Shown here in pieces: positions 51,701 through 60,180 of a stretch of 60,180 nt of DNA. The first letter of the stretch is position 1. Each line of letters opens with the position of its first letter. The position numbers were made by a program, and so were the translations under genes. A model generated the notes under the pieces. The model did not search any database. It had not been told where the DNA came from and was given only the letters and a program-made list of their open reading frames with translations. Where the stretch lies: NCBI GenBank assembly GCA_977020255.1, contig CDROCS010003045.1:1-60180 (forward strand), in the 5' to 3' direction. This DNA comes from Obrimoposthia wandeli (taxonomy: Eukaryota).

Positions 51701-52904
51701 TTAGGAAACTTTATTCTCTGAAACACACTAAGTTACGTTTCTAAAAAATGACACAACTAATCCTAATTCTCTTCTAAACTTCGCACAAATGGGGATTTCT
51801 TACGTATCGATTTTATCTGTCTTAACAATTTCAATTTAAGTTTTTAATTTCCTTTAATGATTTTTTATGAATAAAATATGGGCAATTCAATTGAAACTTT
51901 TTAAATGATTTTTATGAATAAAATATGGGCAATTCAATTTTACTTTAAATGAAAGCAAATTAAACTTTACTTTCAATCTTTTCTCTATTTCTCTAATTCA
52001 CTTTTTCTGAGATAACAAATTATTCACTTTTACTGAAATAACAATTTACATTTCTCGCTTAATCCTCACCCTTCTCACCTTCCTCAGTCAGTCGCGTGGT
52101 GCGTTCCTCTCCGTCCAGTCCTTCGGGTACAGTTGGGTTCCGTACGTTTGCTACATCCTCAGGTAAGGGATTAGATTTCCCGTACGTTTGCTGTCCTCTG
52201 GGTAGGTTGGGTTCGGCCATCAATTTGTCTCTCGTTCAACTTCTTTTCCACACTGAACAATTGAAGAGACGGTCTAGAACCAACTACCGTCTGTTTCTTG
52301 CTTCCGTTTCAGCAGAATAAAGTTCTGAGGTAGAATAATATACTGAAATGCTTTTTCAAATAAACTTTCTTTGTCTACAGGAAGCAATTGATATGGTCCT
52401 GGAAAATCAACTCTCGTAAACAACTTCTTTCTGTCTCCTTTCAACTTTGATATATTTTTTCAATTTCAATTTTTCTTGTGTCCTTTGCCACTGTCTTCTT
52501 TTATATAGTCCTGAAATTGAAACAATTAAATTTACATAAATTAAGTGCACTCACTTCATTATCTGGCGCTAATGGACTGGATTCCCGGATTCGCTGCGCA
52601 TATGGACTGAATGTCTCGGTTTTGGCTTTCTTGATTTTCTTCTTTTTTTGATTATGCTTAGTTTTCTTCTTCTTAATTGTACTTCGTTTTCTCTTAGTCA
52701 CTCTCCAGTCCTTTTTGGGCCCCTAAACGTTTCCTTATATACAGCATTAAACGCCCCCGACCTCCTCAAGGTCCTAAAATACTTTTTCATTTTTATTATT
52801 TAATTTGAAATTTTATTTCATATTTAACCTTTCAAGGATTTATTTTATTATATAATAATTAATTATTTTTTGAAAATTATTAAAATCCTAATCCTAACAC
52901 ACAC

Positions 52905-55826
52905 GTTCATGAGATAATCACTGGCGTGAATAAATGTAAGGATGTAGATAGGAAGATTAGTTTGAAAACACTATTGTGGCTATCACTTTTTGCTTATTTT
53001 GTGTTAAAATATTTTTAGTGAGATAATTTTAATTTTTGAAAAACCTGACATTTCTTTTTAGTGATATATTTAAGGGAAATTTTATAAATGATGTCACAAA
53101 ACAGTAACATTGATATTATCTCTAACATAACTCAATTTCAAGACATTACAGTATAACCTTGCAAAGTTTCAACGATAAATTTAGATATACAACAATTTTT
53201 CGGATACACTTTTATAATACTTTTTATGTGCAGCCTCTAGAAAAAAGTTCTTCTTCATACACATTTTAATGTATAATTATTTTGATCGCTTAATAGCAGA
53301 GGCATATTAAAATTTAAAAATTCAAAAGGCTATAAAATTTTTAGACTTCATCAAAATATAATAATATTAATTTCATAGTCGTTTTTATGCGCATATAACA
53401 ACTAATCATATTTCATTGACTTGATTATTTTTCGTTCCAAATTAAACATTAAAAAATAAAAATAACTTTTATGAATATGAATAGTTAGCCCTAACAACAT
53501 AGAGGTCTCGACAAACTTCCCTTTTATTTTTAATATTTTTCTTGTACTGGATTTTAATTTATTTGTAAATAACACATCGTTATTCAGATATGTAAATTGT
53601 TAATATCTTAGTCAAGATCACATACAACAATGTGTATTTGGTTTAAAAAACAGATTGTTGAACTTCTCAATAAGTTGTTCATATAAACAATGAAGTTTTG
53701 TGAAGTTTCATGATGATCTTTGAATAACCATAATCAAGAGAATCTTTGAGACATCCTTCCTGTAGCACCGTGGTAGCAAAATGCATTGAATGCGAAAAAT
53801 GGTTATACCAAATAAAATGAATACCTGAATCAAAAAATTGAACAATATTAATTGTCAAAAGAAACATGTATAATCTTGCTTAAGTTGAAACCACATATGT
53901 TTGCATAAATATTTCCTGCTTAAATTAAAATATAAATTGCTTTAAAATAAATTATATTTGAATTTGTGTATAATAGTAAAATAGACCCAATTCAATAAAA
54001 GAAATAAAACAAAGGTCTGTGAAATATAGAATAATTATATACTTAATCAGAATTTACCCCGACTTTTTATTAATAATTAAATAATTTAAGTGTCATATTA
54101 ATGATATGAAGTATTTTTAAATTGTTTATATAAAACTTTAAATTTTTATTTATGTATCAAAATGTACATTTATTCGTTGTTGGCTTTTTAATAGCTGCAT
54201 TATATTAAATTTAATAAAAAAAAGCACTTGTCATTAAAAAAATCATGTGAAATTTATTTACTTATTAAAATGGGGTAGAGATTTTCTGAATAAGTACCGA
54301 ATAATCTTACTACAGTATAATCCCAATATAATGAGCAATGCTTATAATGTACTGCTTCTTGGGTTGCAGAATGAATTTATATCATTCTAATTACATTAAA
54401 TGATACTATATAGTTAAAAGAAGCGTACTTGTATATTTAATTATTTTCTATTGTAACTAATTTATTTCACTGTTAAAAGTGTTTCTATTATTTTATTTGT
54501 TTTTAATTGAAACTAAAGTATAATTAAATTTTAATTAAATTAAAAATTCAATAATACAATTTGATATAATTAGAAGATATATAATTAAAAAAAAGTTTTT
54601 GTTTAAATAATATTTTATTAAATAAGTTAAACTTTTTTGTATAATGTTTAAAAAAGTACTTAACGTTTATTTCAAAAAATAAAATGATTGGATTTATTGA
54701 AAACAATGAAAAAAGCTGAAGTTGAAGTTGCTTCTAAACAATGTCAGTTGTCAAAAAGAACTGTATGGACAGAAAAATACAAAAAGGTGAAAACTATTTC
54801 TGTGTGAATAGTTTCAAGAAGATCAAAAGCTCAAATACCTTTCAAGTTGTAAGTCGCTGAATCAGGTGCGGTATCTTAACACGATGGGTGGAGGACTGGC
54901 TTAAATATTAATCAGAAATTATCAAGGTATTTACCGATATATATTTATAAGGTTGATGAAACGTTAATCAAACGTACACTTTCAAAGGTGACTCATGTTA
55001 CAGAGGCAAATAAAAGCAAAAAGAAGAAACGTCTTTCAGTTGTAGTGGATGTACACTCATGGATATCAACTTCAAAGCACAAAGAATGTATATTATATCC
55101 CTTCTAAATTTTGTTACTTCTTTTTCATGCTTTACTGTATTATTTTATTATTAATATATGTAAATATCACATATTTCAAAAATTCTTTTATTTTACAGTA
55201 CTCCAAATCGCGGGACCAGAAAGACGACGCAAAGCGAAATTATTTTCCCCACATATTTCTACATGATTGGTTTACAGCAGTATTTACTTTTTTAAAACAA
55301 CTTTATACATAAAAATGTAAGTTTTTCTAAATGGAAATCCTCTTTATAAAGGGAAATCACCTCTAAACTCAAGAAATGTAAATAAAATTAATAACGGTTT
55401 CAAAACATTTCAACTTCGAGCGCCAACGAAAATAGAGATTTTAATTGAAGGCCAACTTTGAAACACCAAACTTTATGGACGACGCAACTTCAGAAGTGAC
55501 GTAAATCCAGATTTTTGGTGTATCTTGTAAAAGTTGCGTCTAATAATATTTTTTTATAGAAAAAGTTTTTCTGTTTTAATTTTAATTAATTTTAAATATG
55601 CACATGATATATTGATAAATGTTGTGTACGTGACAGATATATCAACATTTACTTTAGAGTATTAGAGTTTTTAAAAGATCGAAATAAGATTACTTTTCTG
55701 GTGTCAATAAAATAATCTTTTAAACTGAATTATGCTGAAACTATCGTTTCATGAATTTTTTAATTATTTTAGAATAACAATTTTTCAACATGTTTGAATC
55801 TATAGATCCTTGTGCAAAATGCTGTC
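52905..55826 (+). repeat. ~2.9-kb direct duplication, copy 2
   Basis: See 37087-39910; carries an extra ~85 bp near 55445-55530. Confidence 0.93.
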
Positions 55827-56079
55827 TTGAAGTAAGCAAGAATAAGACAGCGAATTGAGAATAAATTATAGAAGAAGAATATATGAAATCAAATTGAGAT
55901 AAGATAATTGGGCAAAGTGTGAATCGAGTTGATACATTCCTCGAAGTAATTTGAACAAGGTTTGAATCGAGGATTGATATGTATTTCTCAAAGTAATTAA
56001 TTGAATAAGTGTTAAAAATCAGTAGATTTGTTCCTCGAAGTAAGTAATTTGAATAAATTTGTAAATCGAGTTGAATAAA

Positions 56080-57400
56080 TTTGTACGCAGGAGCTCAACT
56101 AGGTAATAATGCAGGAAATAATGTAGGTGATATGAATGCAGAACAGTTGGCACAAGTTTTTGAATGGAACGTTGAGACCCGCTTTTCGGGATCATTACAG
56201 ATTGGAAAGTTTAAAGGAGATGAGGAAAGTATTTGTGACTTCCGCAAAGAATATTTAAGTTGTGCAGACGTTCAAGGATGGAACGATAGAGAAAAATGTG
56301 TCACATACACGCACATTTGACCGGATTAGCACTTGAAATGTATAAACATTTGACAGATGCAGAACGTGCAGATTGGAAAACGTTGGGAAATTCTTTTTTT
56401 TTTTGAAAATTGGTATTGGGTGACTTAGAAAAAGTGAATAAAAAAGCAATTTTTTTTTGAGAGAACGGAAACAGAAACATAACGAGCATGAATGAATACG
56501 CGTATGTTTGAGACCTTGGCCTCACGAGCGCGCAGGAAAATATTGAGAAATCAGGCAGGTGAACTTGTAGCCCCAGATGTACAATTATCGAAAGATGAAC
56601 GGAACCAAAAATAAATAGCGAAGTTTTTGTCAGAATATATTCAGGGAGGACTGAAAAAATACATTAAAAAAGTGTTATTGGCAGTATCGGATACAAATGA
56701 TTTTGACAACGCCGTACGGAAGAGAATTGAGAAAAATATATAGAATAACGTAGCATTAGCTATTTACGCAATGGCCACAGGTGATAACGAGAAGACAAAG
56801 GTATTTATGAATAAGACAGAATCAGTATTATTCAGAATCAAAATTATGGACAAATAAGTTAGAAAAGGAGATGAATTCTGTAACGGAAATAAGAGATAAT
56901 TTCAAGTAGAAATAGAGATGATTCGAGGGGTGGAAACAATAATGATCCCTGAAATAGGAATCGAGACTGATTCAGGAGGGTAAATAGTAATGATTAATTG
57001 GAACAGGAACAGAGATGATTCCAGAAATAGACTTGAGTACAGATACTTCACAAATCGCTACAACTGAGAGGGAGACGATAGAAATTATAACGCTAACAGA
57101 GGAGAGCGAAATGACTCTCGGTTGGAAATAATGCAGGAAATAGTGATGAAAGATTCAATAATCAGAAGCGGTTATGAATCAAATTTTCGAAAGAAATGAT
57201 TTTTAGAGGACGCTATGACAATAGACAGAATAGTCGTCGAGTACAGTTCGAAGATGAGGAGCAAGAAATAAGATAGATATTATAGGAAGAATAATGTGTT
57301 ATACGTGTATACAGTAGGTCACTACTCGAGAGAGATTGTACAAAGTAAGAATTTGGAACTAATAGATTCGGAAAAAATAATTTTGGAAATAATTACAGGG
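56080..57400 (+). pseudogene. gag: Highly degenerate Ty3/gypsy gag
   Basis: IGKFKGDEESICDFRKEYLSCADVQGWNDREK; knuckle CYTC..VGHYSRDC near 57295-57340. Confidence 0.75.
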
Positions 57401-58330
57401 ATATAATTCACCCCGGCCATGGAGATAGGGTGGTGGGTATGCCTCCCGCCTGGAGAACGAATAATCAGTATGGATAGACAACAGTCGTCAGGTAGATACA
57501 ATAATTATGCAGACAGCCAGGTGCTGATAGATACAATAATTCAGGAGATATAATAATAATAATGTGGATAAGACAAACGAATCATTGAGTTCACCAAAAC
57601 CAGAAAGGAAATTTTGAATTACATAAATGATGACGAAGTGATAGGAATCACTGACACCAGAAATAGATTTTGAAGATAGTGATAGTAGAGATTTGAACTA
57701 ATATTTGGGAATAATCAAAGATTCACCACATACAAAGATGGCGATCTCATCTACGTTGTCGCGACAAAGGGAAAAAGCTCACACGAAAGAAGAGATGAAT
57801 GATTTAATGAACCGTATATTAGAAGCGTATGAGACACCAATAGAAAAAAACATGTAACGCACAACCCTACTGACAGTCATATAGAAACAACAAAAAAAAT
57901 GCTAAGAGTATGGAAAATGTGAAGATAATTAGTGAAGCTAAATAAATGTTGAATCAACCGCTAGACAAAGCAGGCGAAGCTCCAGAAGTTTTGGTAAAAC
58001 TACAAAATTAAAGTGCACAGATTAGAAGAAGTGCAAGCAGAGATTGATTAAACGCGGCTCGAGGTTGGTAAAGGATACGGTCGTTACGTAGAGATCAAAT
58101 CAAAGGTACGATGGTTTACTTCGATTAATTTCCGGACAGATTATACATGAAAAAACGTAATTTATTCCAAACAATGAAAACTGATCGAAAAAGTTGGCGG
58201 AGAAACTCCAAATAGATGGAATGAATATGTTGTTTAATTTATAAAGGAAGATCATAACGAAGATGTACCAGTCGAGGTGCGGATATCCGATAGAAAAAAT
58301 TAGAATAAATTGATGTCATCACCGTAGGAC

Positions 58331-59408
58331 GTCAGGAGTTAGTAGATAATGAAGGATTGGCAGTGATATTGAATTTCCGCACTAGATATGATAACGGCGC
58401 CTATAGAAATTTTAGATAGTCAGCCGAACAAAGTGACAGTGGAAACAATGATGTGACGAAGCCTGGAACCAGACGTTCACACCCGAGCCGAACGTAAGCC
58501 GGAAACCACAAGGTACGGAACCAAATAAAGAATCAACAAATGTTGTTGAGGTACCACCAGAGCTGGAAATAAGTCAACCCGGACAAAATGAAGTCACGGA
58601 TGCTTACGCTAAATTAGTGGGGGCTGAAAACGTAATAGAACTAGTTGGAGAAGCCGAAGTGTCCAAGATTGTAGATCTAGATTCACCAATTTGGAATGCC
58701 GCATACAGAGACAGACAAGGCGCAGCAAGATCAGACCCACCTCTGAATTAGAAATTCCAATATGGAAAATAATTGAGGCAGTTAGAGTTTATTAATATAT
58801 TTTGTGTCTCTATTTGTATTATTTTTTTATATAAAAATTGTAATAATTTAATAATTTAATTAATAATATGTCAGGAGTTAGTAGATAATGAAGGATTGGC
58901 AGTGATATTGAATTCCGCACTAAAGGAATATGATAACAATGCCTATAGAAATTTTAGATAGTCCAGCCGAACAAAGTGACAGTGGAAACAATGATGTGAC
59001 TGAAGCCTGGAACCAGACGTTCACACCCGGAAGCCGGAACGTAGCCAAACCTGGGTACGGAACCGATAAAAAAGAATTGAAATCTGGTAATTGAGGGTAC
59101 CGCAGAGCTGGAAATAAGTCAGCCCGGACAAAATGAAGTCACGGATGTAGCTAAATTAGTGGGGAGAAAACGAAAGTAATAGTAGAACTAGTTGGAGAAG
59201 CCGAAGTGTCCAAGATTGTAAGATCTAGATTCACCAATTTGGAATGCCGCATGCAGAGACAGACAAGGCGCGAAAAGATCAGACCCCTCTGAATTAGAAA
59301 CTCAATATGGAAAATAGTGGGGCAGTTAGAGTTTATTAATATATTTTTTGTGTCTCTATTTGTATTATTTTTTATATAAAAAATTGTAATAATTTAATAA
59401 TATTTAAT
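58331..59408. repeat. ~539-bp tandem duplication
   Basis: Units begin GTCAGGAGTTAGTAGATAATGAAGG at 58331 and 58870. Confidence 0.92.
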
Positions 59409-60168
59409 ATGAAAATGAGTAAAAAACTACTAAATCATTAAAGTCTAAAACTAAAAAGAAAATGATGAAGGGTGGGGATGTTCTGTTAATAGTAGAAATC
59501 TTTTTAAGTAGATGGTTTGGTGGAGTTAATACACAGAATGTACCTAAGAATTGAAAGAATATGAATTATATTGCACGTATACAAAAATGAAATGGTATAT
59601 ATGATATTTTTATAGAGGATTAAATAAAGATTTCAGTACAATTAAAAATAATTCCTGATGCATATCTTGGTACAAAATCTTTCGCTAAAAAGACTCTGTA
59701 ATTACATAAAGTTGCAAGTTTTACAACATAGATGTATTACGTAATCATCTTCATTACCTAGATAAGAATTGATCTTAATACAATTATTTTAACTTATAAG
59801 TAGTTAAAAAATCTTTCATTTAGAAATTATATAATACTTGATTAGTAATTACATAAAGTTGCAAGGATTTTTGGAACATAGTTACAATACCTGACAAATC
59901 TTTGTTACACACACGCACACACGTATAAAATTTTAAATATATTTTACACAAATTATATATAAAACTTATTTGTATGAGTAGATAGTTTAACTAAATTTAA
60001 GAAATTGTATAATACTAATTTTATGAGTAGATAGTTTAATTAAATTTTTAATAAATTAAATTTAATAGTAAGTAGCTAAAGTTTTAAAAAATTAATTTTT
60101 ATATGACGTTTAAAACATATTTTTTAAAAACTCTAACTAAAGGTTTTTTCTTTTCCCCCTTCCATACC
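59270..60168 (-). repeat. Inverted homolog of 33385-34255 (interior of the mini-Maverick)
   Basis: Reverse complement matches GGAAGGGGAAAAGAAAAAGCCTTTAGTTAGAG...CAATTCAGAGGG. Confidence 0.88.
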
Positions 60169-60180
60169 TCTCTCTATGGA

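Noticed and set aside
52905-55826. The 2.9-kb duplicate as a giant LTR of the downstream gag relic
   Set aside because: No TG/CA ends, no PBS at 55827, and copy 1 is not associated with a PPT or retroelement ORFs.

Overview
Very AT-rich eukaryotic (probably invertebrate) genomic DNA, dominated by nested and partly decayed transposable elements. Coordinates and alignments were worked out by eye, so boundaries are approximate unless anchored on a motif. Main content: (1) 1-~12.3 kb, minus strand: a large Ty3/gypsy LTR retroelement with the unusual order gag -> chuvirus-like (class III, gB-type) glycoprotein -> protease-RT-RNaseH-integrase. The glycoprotein and Pol share one reading frame, split by a single TGA. 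Downstream lie a second signal-peptide/FN3-like/TM protein and further accessory ORFs. (2) 18733-26012, plus strand: a full-length BEL/Pao element (two LTRs, tRNA-iMet PBS) whose pre-gag region encodes three ubiquitin-like domains, two ending in di-Gly. (3) A small three-exon SAM-domain host gene (SAMD15-like) at 26861-27325. (4) A Maverick/Polinton relic (pPolB, penton, core protein, major capsid, cysteine protease) at ~28.6-36.1 kb. Its capsid gene is cleanly interrupted by a 2.9-kb non-autonomous mini-Maverick with AGTAG-starting TIRs and a 6-bp TSD. A second, inverted capsid relic at ~50-51.3 kb lies next to RING-finger ORF relics. (5) Tc1, pogo and hAT relics and MITEs, a ~2.9-kb direct duplication, a second gypsy gag relic and tandem repeats. 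Most TE ORFs carry frameshifts or stops, from decay and/or consensus errors.
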